IMG/VR virus record: IMGVR_UViG_3300037465_000404
Location: 1-40,184 of that record
From: a virus
Taxonomy: Duplodnaviria > Caudoviricetes
Direction: 5' to 3' (one strand)
DNA: 40,184 nucleotides
This document shows, one piece after another, positions 8,909-17,965 of this stretch (the first letter of the stretch is position 1; every line of letters begins with the position of its first letter). The notes below the pieces were generated by a model. It did no database searches. It saw only the letters and a list, made by a program, of their open reading frames with translations, and was not told the origin of the DNA. The position numbers and the translations under genes were made by a program.

Positions 8909-9172
8909 ATGCCCGAACTCTACATGGTCACCTTGAACGGGTACCCTCTCCAGCGGTGGATGACCCGCCGTGATGCCGAAGCCATGGCGGATCGCTGGCA
9001 AGGTCGTCACGGCGGCTACCGTGGGGGCCAAGGACTCCTCAAGCACAAGGACCGTGGAGATTGGGTAGAGGTGAAACGCGACCGAGATGCCGAGCGGGAA
9101 TTCGACGAGCGGCTCAAGGTCGCCAAGGCGGGCAAGCCGCAAACCATTACTTACATCGAAAGGATCGACTAA
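8909..9172 (+). CDS. Hypothetical protein (87 aa)
   Basis: ORF tightly packed after the capsid gene; TAATG overlap with the next gene. Confidence 0.7.
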   Translation: MPELYMVTLNGYPLQRWMTRRDAEAMADRWQGRHGGYRGGQGLLKHKDRGDWVEVKRDRDAEREFDERLKVAKAGKPQTITYIERID

Positions 9173-9474
9173 TGGCAACCAAAGTGGTCTTGGACAAGGA
9201 GGGATGCCGGGTTCGCCTGCGCAACCTCCAGCATGCACTCGAAGGCTGCCTGGTGGATGGAACCACCGGCGCAGAGATTCGCTACACACTCGAACCCAAC
9301 CGGTGGACGAAGGTCCATCCCGCGGTGTACGACATGCTGAGGCGAAAATTCGACACCGCGCGGGAAGTGGAAGTTCCAGACTGGGATCCCGGGGGCGAGG
9401 GACAAGCCCCCGTCCGTCAGTACCGGATGGAGTCCCAGCAACCGTACATTATTGAATTTCAAGACAAGGAGTAA
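9172..9474 (+). CDS. Hypothetical protein, 100 aa (MATKVVLDKEG...)
   Basis: ATG 9172 overlaps the previous stop; SD-like AAGGA. Confidence 0.75.
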   Translation: MATKVVLDKEGCRVRLRNLQHALEGCLVDGTTGAEIRYTLEPNRWTKVHPAVYDMLRRKFDTAREVEVPDWDPGGEGQAPVRQYRMESQQPYIIEFQDKE

Positions 9475-9477
9475 GCC

Positions 9478-9801
9478 ATGTCTGTTCACTCCAAGGACTT
9501 TGCGGCACCCCAGTATCTCACGGGGTCCTTTACCTCCGCGGCCACCCCGGTCGCGGAGTCTGAAACCCTCCCCTTTTCTCCCTCGTGTGTAGTCGTGTAT
9601 GTCAACATTGAGGGAACCAACCCTGACATGCATGTGGCAACTAGTGCTAGCACCACCGATTCCATGCTGACCACCGGCTCGTCCGGGGTGATTACCTCCC
9701 CGGCGGTGGCCTCAGGACTTCAGATCACCTCGACGGGGTTCACCCTGGCGGCAGGCGTGCAAACGGCCAACGGGAAGAACTTCTGGATCGCGTATAAATA
9801 A
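9478..9801 (+). CDS. Probable virion structural or decoration protein
   Basis: SD AAGGAG. S/T/G-rich beta-type sequence in the head module. Confidence 0.6.
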   Translation: MSVHSKDFAAPQYLTGSFTSAATPVAESETLPFSPSCVVVYVNIEGTNPDMHVATSASTTDSMLTTGSSGVITSPAVASGLQITSTGFTLAAGVQTANGKNFWIAYK

Positions 9802-9858
9802 CCTCAACTGGGATCGGCGGGTGTGACTCGCCCGCCGGATACCCACAAGGAGTCACCC

Positions 9859-10521
9859 ATGTTCAAGCACGACAGTGCATTTGTTTGGCGTCCTGGGCAG
9901 TTGTACATCCCGGCGATGAACTTCACGGGGATGGCGGTGGGCGCCATTAACGAAGGCGGGTCCGGGAACTATGTCTATGGTCAGAAGTGGGAAGGGTCTT
10001 ACACCGGTAGCCCCTCGGCTCGGGAAGTCTCGACCTACGGGTTCAATGGGATTCTCATGGGAGCTGCGGGGGATACCGTCGTCACCGACCTGGCAATTCC
10101 CTATGACCTCGATCCCCAAAAGGATACCTACTTTCGTGTCGTGTGGACGTCCGGGTCCGCGGATACTGCGGACACGATCACCTGGTCCGTGACCTATCTC
10201 GCTATGAAACCGAACGACACCCAAATGGGGGTTCCCTCGAACGCCCTCGACGTGACCATCGCGGCGCAGTCCGTGCCCAGCGCGACGGTCTATACGTTTG
10301 GTAAGACTAAGTGGGGGGTCCTGAGGGCCAACACGCTCAATGAGGCGGCTGAGCACTGGGTTCTGGGTGTTACACTGAGCGCATTCGCCGCTGGACTGAC
10401 CGAGGCCAAGTTCCTCCTTGGGTTGGAGATCGCCTACACCCCGCGGCGGCTCTACGGCGGGGACGGAATGCTCAAGAACGCCGACTTCCCCGTGCGCACC
10501 TTGAGTAAACAGTACTCGTAA
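9859..10521 (+). CDS. Probable virion structural protein (beta-rich)
   Basis: SD AAGGAG before ATG 9859; position in the structural operon. Confidence 0.65.
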   Translation: MFKHDSAFVWRPGQLYIPAMNFTGMAVGAINEGGSGNYVYGQKWEGSYTGSPSAREVSTYGFNGILMGAAGDTVVTDLAIPYDLDPQKDTYFRVVWTSGSADTADTITWSVTYLAMKPNDTQMGVPSNALDVTIAAQSVPSATVYTFGKTKWGVLRANTLNEAAEHWVLGVTLSAFAAGLTEAKFLLGLEIAYTPRRLYGGDGMLKNADFPVRTLSKQYS

Positions 10522-10543
10522 GCAGTCCACGTACCCTGTAGGA

Positions 10544-10569
10544 GCGGGAGGGGATTGCCCCCCTCCCGC
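10544..10569 (+). terminator. GC-rich hairpin after the head genes (possible terminator or processing site)
   Basis: GCGGGAGGGG-attgc-CCCCTCCCGC. No U-tract follows. Confidence 0.45.
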
Positions 10570-10577
10570 CCTCCACC

Positions 10578-10724
10578 ATGCCGTTACAATCCGGGACCTC
10601 CAAGAAGACGATCCACGCCAACATCGCCGAGCTGGTGCGTAGTGGCTACCCCATTAAGCAAGCCGTGGCCATTGCCTACGAGCACGCCCGGCGATCACCA
10701 CGGCGCCCGTCGAACGCGAAGTGA
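10578..10724 (+). CDS. Small basic phage protein, 48 aa ([34 protein letters not shown]...)
   Basis: Resembles the widespread phage MPLxxGxS...NI...QAVAIA family. GTGA overlap with the next ORF. Not in the ORF track. Confidence 0.8.
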   Translation: MPLQSGTSKKTIHANIAELVRSGYPIKQAVAIAYEHARRSPRRPSNAK

Positions 10725-11107
10725 CGATGCTCAAGCTTGACCTCCATGCACGGCCGTCTGAAGCAGGGACCTTCTACCTCGGACCCACGCCCACCGTACG
10801 TGCACACCACCCGTGGGGCATACTCCGCTGGACCCGGTGGACCGTCACGACGCGGGATGGGCGACGCGGCGCGTTTACCTCCGTCTGGCTCTGTGGCCAT
10901 CTCCAACTCTATTGGGGCGATGGCAAGGTCGACGGCTCACGCACCGTTGCCTATGCCAATCGGCAACTGGACGATGGTGCTCCACCCCTCTATGACCCCG
11001 TGCCGGGGTTGTGCGTCTACACCGACAAGCCGAGCGAACGCCTCGCGCTGCGCTGGCGCACCGCTGGACCGGCGCCGGTGTCCTGGGATAACATGGGAGG
11101 CTCATGA
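10721..11107 (+). CDS. Hypothetical protein
   Basis: Overlap-coupled at both ends. Confidence 0.6.
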   Translation: MTMLKLDLHARPSEAGTFYLGPTPTVRAHHPWGILRWTRWTVTTRDGRRGAFTSVWLCGHLQLYWGDGKVDGSRTVAYANRQLDDGAPPLYDPVPGLCVYTDKPSERLALRWRTAGPAPVSWDNMGGS

Positions 11108-11481
11108 CCCGCTACTATGTCTGCCCCGTGGTGGGAACCGGGACTAGACAAGACCCCTACCGTCCCAAAGCTGCGGACTACTCTGTGGCCTATACCTGTG
11201 TGCTACGAGCCGCGCCTGATGGCCGTCCGGCGCAGCTGTGGTCGCTCTGTCTCGTCGACACCTCTGACCACACCGCATTGCTGGCTGATCCTACCCTGTA
11301 TGCGATGGACACCGATTTACAGGCGGCCCCCACTGAAACCACGCTCACGACGCTCACCACAATGACCGGGGTGGACCTAACTGGGGTACCAACCTGGCGC
11401 GACGTTGTGGCCCGCCTCGGGCACGCCCACGAACCCACATTCACCCCGAAGGGTTCTATCGATGGCCGTCTTAGCGTCTGA
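11104..11481 (+). CDS. Hypothetical protein, possibly a fibre-associated chaperone
   Basis: SD GGAGG, ATGA overlap, GTGTxxDPYRP motif; precedes a fibre-like gene. Confidence 0.7.
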   Translation: MTRYYVCPVVGTGTRQDPYRPKAADYSVAYTCVLRAAPDGRPAQLWSLCLVDTSDHTALLADPTLYAMDTDLQAAPTETTLTTLTTMTGVDLTGVPTWRDVVARLGHAHEPTFTPKGSIDGRLSV

Positions 11482-13237
11482 CAACTTCAACCGCGCGAAC
11501 TCGAGTGACCTCGGGACGAGTTGGGATGTCATCCCCACACTCGCCGCGTGCCAGGTGGCGAGCAACGTCGCCGCACTCTCGACCACCTCAATCGATTGTG
11601 CAGAGTCCTACAATGGGGTTACGTGGCCGGACGACCAGTACAGCCAACTGACCCTGCCCACACTGGGGTCTGGGTCAGACGGGGGTCCCTGTGCGCGCGT
11701 CAGCATCTCCGCTGCGACGTTCTACATCGCCGACACGACCAGCAGCAACATGCGGCTGATGCGGGTGATCAGTGGCTCATGGACAGAGCTGACGGCATTC
11801 GGGAGCGGGGCCACCGCTGGGGACATCATCCGCATTGAGGTCCAAAGCACAACCCTCAAATACTTTCAGAACGGGACGCAACGGCTCTCCACAACAGATT
11901 CGAACATCACCAGTGGCCGGGCGGGGTTGTTGCTCTATGCCGTTGATGACCCCGCCGCCATTACGGGCGACAATTGGGAAGGCGGCAGCCTCGGCACCTC
12001 CCAGTCCCACGCCCGTTGGGGAGTGGACGATGGAACCGAATCCGCCCATTCTTGGGAAGCCGTAGAGGACACCAACATCACCATTGCGGCCAACCAAGCC
12101 CGGTTGCTCCGCCTGCAAGTCGACACGGGGGGTGACACCTCAGCCACCGCGTACACCCTCCGCCACCAGAAGAACGGGACTGGGGGATATACAGTCACCC
12201 CGGTAGGGTCTAGCACCGTCACCAGCCCCCCTGCTGCCCCGACGGCAACTGTGACGACCATCGGCACAGCTACCACGCCATGGACGATCAATCGACCCAG
12301 CGCCGCAACCGGCGACATGGTGGTTTTTGTCCTGTGTTGGGACGACTCGACAACCGTAACCAGTGTAACGGCCCCTGCTGGACCCAACAGCGAAAGCGCC
12401 GTCAGCATCGCCGGTCCAGTGGCCTCCGCGTCAACGGAAATCCGCGCCCAAGCCTGGTATTACCTCGCAACGGCTGCGTGGAGCAGTGGAACACTCACCT
12501 TCACGCCTTCGGCCTCTGAGACGGTCCGCGCCGTGGCGTTTGTCATCCCAACTGGTCAGTACAACGCCAGCGACCCGATCGGACTCGCGGAAACCCGTGC
12601 ATCGGCTGGCACCGCCGAAACCTCCATCTTATCTCCGACTGGTACCGCCGAAGCCGACGACGGGAGTGGCCGGTGGTACATCGCGTTCTGCTCGGACGTG
12701 GATGCCATCACGGCGCCGGGCGCAGACTGGAACACCATCAATAACGCGACAGGGGGTGGAGTAGGGCTGTGTGTCGGGTCCCGGAACACCCTCTTAACCA
12801 ACAGTGAGAGCGTCGCTGCGTTAACGGCCACCATTGCGGGTGATTCCTGGTGTTCCCTTGGGTTTGCCGTCAAGGCCTTCACGACCACCAATGAAATCTA
12901 CATTTCCTCGTCGGCCAACATTGTCGCGGGGGGCGAGGATACCACCGCGCGCCTTTCGCCCCCATCCTCGAAAACCACGACGGATTTTGTTACTGGGCGC
13001 CGTTGGGACGACGAGAACGGTACTGACACGACCGACATCACAACGGACGACTACAGTGAATTCGAATGGCCCGTGTTCCTTGCCTCGTCCCTCACGAATG
13101 GTGACTACGTGGACTTTCGCCTCTACGCCGGCAGCAACGCGTTCTCGTCCTACACCATCACCCCCCGATGGACCGTTGGGACGGGCGGCGGGGGTTCTGG
13201 GAAACGCCACACCCTCATGCTCCTGGGAGTCGGCTAA
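11462..13237 (+). CDS. Multi-domain virion fibre/appendage protein
   Basis: Starts MAVLASDNFNRAN (lectin-like beta domain). T/S/G/A-rich. Ends GGGGSGKRHTLMLLGVG. Confidence 0.75.
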   Translation: MAVLASDNFNRANSSDLGTSWDVIPTLAACQVASNVAALSTTSIDCAESYNGVTWPDDQYSQLTLPTLGSGSDGGPCARVSISAATFYIADTTSSNMRLMRVISGSWTELTAFGSGATAGDIIRIEVQSTTLKYFQNGTQRLSTTDSNITSGRAGLLLYAVDDPAAITGDNWEGGSLGTSQSHARWGVDDGTESAHSWEAVEDTNITIAANQARLLRLQVDTGGDTSATAYTLRHQKNGTGGYTVTPVGSSTVTSPPAAPTATVTTIGTATTPWTINRPSAATGDMVVFVLCWDDSTTVTSVTAPAGPNSESAVSIAGPVASASTEIRAQAWYYLATAAWSSGTLTFTPSASETVRAVAFVIPTGQYNASDPIGLAETRASAGTAETSILSPTGTAEADDGSGRWYIAFCSDVDAITAPGADWNTINNATGGGVGLCVGSRNTLLTNSESVAALTATIAGDSWCSLGFAVKAFTTTNEIYISSSANIVAGGEDTTARLSPPSSKTTTDFVTGRRWDDENGTDTTDITTDDYSEFEWPVFLASSLTNGDYVDFRLYAGSNAFSSYTITPRWTVGTGGGGSGKRHTLMLLGVG

Positions 13238-13383
13238 TGGTTGTCTTTCTTCCGAACCTCTCGATGGGCGCAAGCCCGACCACGGAGAGTGGTGGCGAAC
13301 CGACCCACCTCCTGATGCTGATGAACGTCGGACGAGCGTTCTGGCTTCCTCTCATTCTCCTCAAGGAGTGGTTCCATGGCTGA
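13237..13383 (+). CDS. Small protein, 48 aa (MVVFLPNLSMGAS...HLLMLMNVG...)
   Basis: TAATG coupling with the upstream gene. Fills the gap to the next gene. Shares a motif with the upstream C-terminus. Confidence 0.55.
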   Translation: MVVFLPNLSMGASPTTESGGEPTHLLMLMNVGRAFWLPLILLKEWFHG

Positions 13384-14626
13384 TAATATTGTCCTGAATT
13401 CTGGATCTGGTGGAGCGACCATCGCCACCGACGACGATGGTACCGCCCACCATCAATATGTCAAGCTCGAATTTGGGGCGGACAACACCTTTACCAAGGT
13501 CACTGCCACCCAAGGGCTCCCAACCGACCCCCTCGACCGCGCCACCCGCGACATGGGCAAGATTGACGTCGCGATGGGCCAGGGCGCGCATGACGCTCCC
13601 GGCGCCTCATTGGACCCTGTTGCCATTGGGGGCTATGCCAGCGCCACAGCCCCGTCCGCCGTAAGCACCGACGGGGACATCTGCCGGATTTGGACGACCC
13701 CCAGCGGGGCCGTTCATGTCGCGGATGGAAACACCACCCTCAGTGTGGACGATGGGGCAGGCTCGCTCACCATCGACAACGCCGCGCTCAGTGTGACCGG
13801 GGGTGGGGTGGAAGCGGCGGCACTGCGGGTCACTCTCGCAAGCGACTCCACTGGGGTGTTGTCGGTGGATGACAACGGCAGTACGCTGAGTGTGGATGAT
13901 GGTGGGGGGTCCCTCACCATCGACAACGCGGCCTTGGGGGTGACAGGGGGTGGTGTAGAGGCTTCTGCACTCCGGGTCACCATTGCCAACGACTCGACAG
14001 GGCTCCTCTCGGTCGATGATAACGGGGGCTCCCTTACTGTGGACAACGCGGGGACCTTTGTGGTCCAGGAGAACGGGGCAGCCCTCACAGCACTCCAAAC
14101 CCTCGACAACCCGGTGCTGGTCGACGATGCGGCATTCACCCCCGCCAGCTCGTCCGTTATGATGGCGGGATTTACCGTGGACGAAACCACGACCGACTCC
14201 GCGGATGAAGGGGACGCAGCCGCAGCCCGGATCACTCCCGACCGGAAGGTGATCGTTACCAGTCAACCCCACACCGCCGGGGGCCTCAGCATCTTCCGCA
14301 GCCTCGACCTGGATGAAACCGAAGAAGACGTCAAAACTTCAGCTGGGTGTGTCTATGGGATGTGGGTAACCAACACCGCGACCACCACCCGTTGGGTCAA
14401 GTTCTACAACGAGACCGCCGCGAATGTGGTCGTCGGTACCACCACACCCGTGCTGACCATCGGCATCCCCGGGAACTCCTCCGATGACATCACTGGGCTT
14501 TTCTCGACCACCAACGGGATTCAGTTCTCGACCGCAATCTGTGTCGCCGCCACCACCGGGGTTGCCGATAGTGACACTGGCGCACCGGCGGCCAACGACG
14601 TGATCGTGAACATCTTCTACAAGTAG
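13376..14626 (+). CDS. Virion fibre-like protein with internal 49-aa repeats
   Basis: SD AAGGAG. LSVDDGxGSLTIDNAAL.VTGGGVEA.ALRVT.A.DSTG repeated at 13739 and 13886. Confidence 0.75.
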   Translation: MADNIVLNSGSGGATIATDDDGTAHHQYVKLEFGADNTFTKVTATQGLPTDPLDRATRDMGKIDVAMGQGAHDAPGASLDPVAIGGYASATAPSAVSTDGDICRIWTTPSGAVHVADGNTTLSVDDGAGSLTIDNAALSVTGGGVEAAALRVTLASDSTGVLSVDDNGSTLSVDDGGGSLTIDNAALGVTGGGVEASALRVTIANDSTGLLSVDDNGGSLTVDNAGTFVVQENGAALTALQTLDNPVLVDDAAFTPASSSVMMAGFTVDETTTDSADEGDAAAARITPDRKVIVTSQPHTAGGLSIFRSLDLDETEEDVKTSAGCVYGMWVTNTATTTRWVKFYNETAANVVVGTTTPVLTIGIPGNSSDDITGLFSTTNGIQFSTAICVAATTGVADSDTGAPAANDVIVNIFYK

Positions 14627-14635
14627 GGGACGTCC

Positions 14636-14983
14636 ATGTACACCACCTGTTACCCTCAGACCCCTATTCCCCGCTGGATTGATCGGCTTCGGCTAGCCTG
14701 GCACCTCCTCCGCACGGGTGCCCCCATTCCACTCCCCTATCCCTGGTACGAACCCCTCGTACCCATTGTCAGCAGCGACTACGCCCACTTCGCCGAGCTG
14801 GCGGTCGACAAAGCCGAGCGCGAGTTCTCTCCTGGAGTGGGGACCCAGGACCTCCGTCGCAACGAAGCCCGCCAATGGATGATGCACTTCGCTCGAGAAG
14901 CGGGGAAGTCCACAGACATCCAACCCTGGATTGTCAATTTTCTGATCGAGTGGTGGGTTGCCCGCCGGAAAGGAAGGTTCTAA
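14636..14983 (+). CDS. Hypothetical protein (115 aa)
   Basis: SD-like AGGGG; tightly packed ORF. Confidence 0.65.
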   Translation: MYTTCYPQTPIPRWIDRLRLAWHLLRTGAPIPLPYPWYEPLVPIVSSDYAHFAELAVDKAEREFSPGVGTQDLRRNEARQWMMHFAREAGKSTDIQPWIVNFLIEWWVARRKGRF

Positions 14984-15307
14984 ATGGCCAGTGGGATCAA
15001 CAAGTACAGCGCGCAAGTCGCGGCAACCCTCGCGACTGTGAGTGTCGTGCCGGTGCGGGTGATTAGCCTCGCACTCCTCAACACCACCGCCGCGGTTGCC
15101 TATCTCCAGATGTTCTTCCGGGAGAGTGGCGTCACCCTAGGGGTCACGGCCCCGGATATGGTCATTCCCCTCCCGGCGAATGGGGGTCTCGCCTTGACCA
15201 TCCCCGATGGGTGGTGGCTTGGAGGCACAGGCCTGATCATTGCCGGGACCTCCACCCGAACCGGCGCGACGGGAGCCGCTATTGACGTGGCCCTCGTAAT
15301 GGGGTAA
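14984..15307 (+). CDS. Small structural protein resembling the C-terminal domain of 13376-14626
   Basis: LLNTTAAVAYLQMF...VTLGVTAPDMVIPLPAN aligns by eye with VTNTATTTRWVKFY...VVVGTTTPVLTIGIPGN. Confidence 0.65.
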   Translation: MASGINKYSAQVAATLATVSVVPVRVISLALLNTTAAVAYLQMFFRESGVTLGVTAPDMVIPLPANGGLALTIPDGWWLGGTGLIIAGTSTRTGATGAAIDVALVMG

Positions 15308-15310
15308 CCC

Positions 15311-16204
15311 ATGGCTGTTCCATCCAATCCCACGGTCACGGATATCGTGACCGACGGCCTGAAACACGGGGGGCGTGTCAACCCCACGTCCACCGACATC
15401 ACCAACGCCACCTCCTCCCAGTTCCAACAAGTCAAGGCCGACATCTACCTGAAAGCCCCTCGTCACAGCGCGCTGCTCACCCACAGCATCATTCCCACGA
15501 CACCCGGAATCAGTCGGTACACCTGGCCGACCGCGTGTGAAGCCATCCGGTCGGTCCAGCTCATCGATGCCAGCACGGACGGGGCCTGGCGGGGCACTGC
15601 ACAAAGCGGGGGCGCCAACTACATCACCCTGGCGTCCACATTCAACGAGGAAAACGACACGCTCATTGGGCGGTTTGTCTTCATCACAGGGGGAACGGGA
15701 ACAGGGCAATTCGCCCAGTGCACCGCGTATAACAACACCACCAAAGTCCTGACCATCGAAGCCAACTGGTCCGCCCTGAACGGCGCCTGGGTGACCCCGG
15801 ATGTCACGAGCAGCTACCTCGTCGAAACCTGGCGCCGCAAGCTCTGGGACTACAGCAAACCCGTGGACTGGGACTCCATCCCTGCGCCGTTTGTCCGGGG
15901 CACTCCAACGACCGCGACAGTGGTTGGGCACCAGCTGTGGCTGGACTACACCCCAGATCGGGTGTATGTCCTTCTCCTCGAGTACTGGCAAGCCCTGGAC
16001 CGCCTTGACGAGGACTCCACCCTCTTCCGCGACCATCTCCGGAAGTTTCGGAGTTTGTGGACACAGGGTGTGGCCGTCAAGGTCATGCAACGGTACGATG
16101 AAGACCGCTACCCCACCGAGATCGGGGTGTACAACACCATGCTCGATCTGTACGGAAGTGAAACCAGCGCCGTGGGCCAGGTCACATTCCGGGACATTAC
16201 CTGA
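15311..16204 (+). CDS. Head-tail adaptor / tail tubular A-like protein with an inserted beta domain
   Basis: N-terminal TVTDIV helix, GTPT...LWLDYTPDRVY pattern, position before the nozzle-like gene. Confidence 0.65.
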   Translation: MAVPSNPTVTDIVTDGLKHGGRVNPTSTDITNATSSQFQQVKADIYLKAPRHSALLTHSIIPTTPGISRYTWPTACEAIRSVQLIDASTDGAWRGTAQSGGANYITLASTFNEENDTLIGRFVFITGGTGTGQFAQCTAYNNTTKVLTIEANWSALNGAWVTPDVTSSYLVETWRRKLWDYSKPVDWDSIPAPFVRGTPTTATVVGHQLWLDYTPDRVYVLLLEYWQALDRLDEDSTLFRDHLRKFRSLWTQGVAVKVMQRYDEDRYPTEIGVYNTMLDLYGSETSAVGQVTFRDIT

Positions 16205-17625
16205 TGGCACTGCGACGCGCCGTTCCCGAACAACGGGCAGAGTACAAGGACCCGGTTCTCGGCGTCAACCTGCGCGTCTCGAGTGAGGACCTCCAACCGG
16301 GGGAGTCGGCCTTGATGCAGAATTGTCTGTACCATGGAGGCATCCGCAACCGCACAGGAAGCCAGCGCCTCCACAGCACTGCCTTGGCCTCCGGGCTTCG
16401 GATCCGGGGTGGGCACAAGTACTACTACGGCGGGTCCGCTCCGACGAAACAACGCCTGATTGCCTATGGCACCAAGGTGTCGATTGTAAACGACAGTGGG
16501 GTGGAAACGGTCCTGACGAGCGGCATGACCAACGACAAGGACATGCAGTTCCTCACCTGGTCCATCACGGATCGGGTCTATTTGTGTAACGGCGTTGACA
16601 CCCTGTACTCCTACAACGGAACGACATATGCCGCGGTCACGGGCACCAACATTCCCACCGCCCGATGGCTGGCCCCCGTTGCCGACCGTCTCATGGCGAT
16701 TACCGCCGCCGGCATCGAACGCTGTAACCCCCGTGACCCGACGGTGTGGTCCGCCAACTCGTCCTGGGCCACCTTGCGCCCCTCGCGAGTTGGGTTGTTC
16801 ACCTGCATCCACCCGATCAGCTTACGGGGGACCGACTCAATCAACACCGGCATCCTCGCGTTCCAGCCAAACAGCTACTACCTCATTACGGGCACCAACT
16901 TTGGTACGGACGTGACCGCAGCATCCCCCTCGTCTGGGGAAGACAGCCGGATTCAACTGCTCGACCCTGCAGTGGGTACCAGCAGCCCGTTCAGTGTTGT
17001 GAGTATCCCCGGGGTGGGGACCGCATGGTTCACCAGTGATCTGAATGTGTACCTCCTTCCGGAAGGCTCTCTCCGTGGCATGTACATCGGAGACAAGATC
17101 AAAAGTATGGGGGCGACGGTGGGGATCGAAAGTGCTGCCACGCTCTACCTGGACCAAGTCTGGATGGCATATTTCGACCGGTACCTCATGCTGGGGATTC
17201 CCACTGGGAATGATTCCTTTACGTCGGTGCAGTACTGGATGGACATGTACTCCTGGGTTCTCCACCCAGACCGCGGGCCGGTGTGGTATGGGCCTATGAC
17301 GGGGCAGCGTCTCAACCGGGTATGGGTGGAGAATCAGCAGAGTGACTTCGCGATCTATGGAGGCGAAGGAAACCCTGCCACCGGGGCATTTGTGTACCAA
17401 CTCCGAGTGCCTGCGCGGTACACCGACGCGGTCGGGACTGCGGATAACCCCATCAGTCTCGTGTACCAAACCCCCTATGACGGATTCGAGGCCCCTAGTC
17501 ATGTGAAGTACCTTCGAAGTGTCCACTTCGACCTAAACTTCGCCTCAGGAACCCCGACCTGTAACGTGCTGGACTTGGATGGGTCAGTGCTCGACGGGGC
17601 GACCATTGAAGCGGTGACGACCTAA
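16204..17625 (+). CDS. Tail nozzle / P22 gp10-like DNA stabilisation protein
   Basis: GVNLRVSSEDLQPGES.LMQN N-terminus, beta-propeller-like repeats (VYLCNGVD, VGTSSPFSV), podovirus gene order. Confidence 0.7.
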   Translation: MALRRAVPEQRAEYKDPVLGVNLRVSSEDLQPGESALMQNCLYHGGIRNRTGSQRLHSTALASGLRIRGGHKYYYGGSAPTKQRLIAYGTKVSIVNDSGVETVLTSGMTNDKDMQFLTWSITDRVYLCNGVDTLYSYNGTTYAAVTGTNIPTARWLAPVADRLMAITAAGIERCNPRDPTVWSANSSWATLRPSRVGLFTCIHPISLRGTDSINTGILAFQPNSYYLITGTNFGTDVTAASPSSGEDSRIQLLDPAVGTSSPFSVVSIPGVGTAWFTSDLNVYLLPEGSLRGMYIGDKIKSMGATVGIESAATLYLDQVWMAYFDRYLMLGIPTGNDSFTSVQYWMDMYSWVLHPDRGPVWYGPMTGQRLNRVWVENQQSDFAIYGGEGNPATGAFVYQLRVPARYTDAVGTADNPISLVYQTPYDGFEAPSHVKYLRSVHFDLNFASGTPTCNVLDLDGSVLDGATIEAVTT

Positions 17626-17963
17626 TGGCGTGTCCTCTCTGGGGTGATGGGAGTAAGTGGGGAGATGGCGACCTGTGGTGCCGGGCCTTCGGGTCCTCGG
17701 GGTACCTCACCGAAGTGGATCGTCAGCTTCGCCGCTGCGCCGTCCGTGTGGTTTACACGGGCACGGCCGCGTTTGTGATCGATCACATCCGCCCGTACCT
17801 CGACTGGGGGCGAAGTAAACAGGACTGGACCTATACCGCGTTCATTGACCGGGCGTCGGCAAATCGGGTGAGTATCCAAATTGCCTACAGTACTGCCGGG
17901 AGTTTTGTCATCCACCGCATCGTCCCGGACATTCAACGGAAACGTCACCTTCCCACAGGGTAA
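17625..17963 (+). CDS. Tail-associated protein with WGDGSKWGDGDLW motif and two internal repeats
   Basis: TAATG coupling; duplicated halves visible in the translation. Confidence 0.65.
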   Translation: MACPLWGDGSKWGDGDLWCRAFGSSGYLTEVDRQLRRCAVRVVYTGTAAFVIDHIRPYLDWGRSKQDWTYTAFIDRASANRVSIQIAYSTAGSFVIHRIVPDIQRKRHLPTG

Positions 17964-17965
17964 CG

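Noticed and set aside
13739-14049. Diversity-generating retroelement TR/VR pair
   Set aside because: These are in-frame protein repeats with differences not confined to adenines, and I see no reverse transcriptase.
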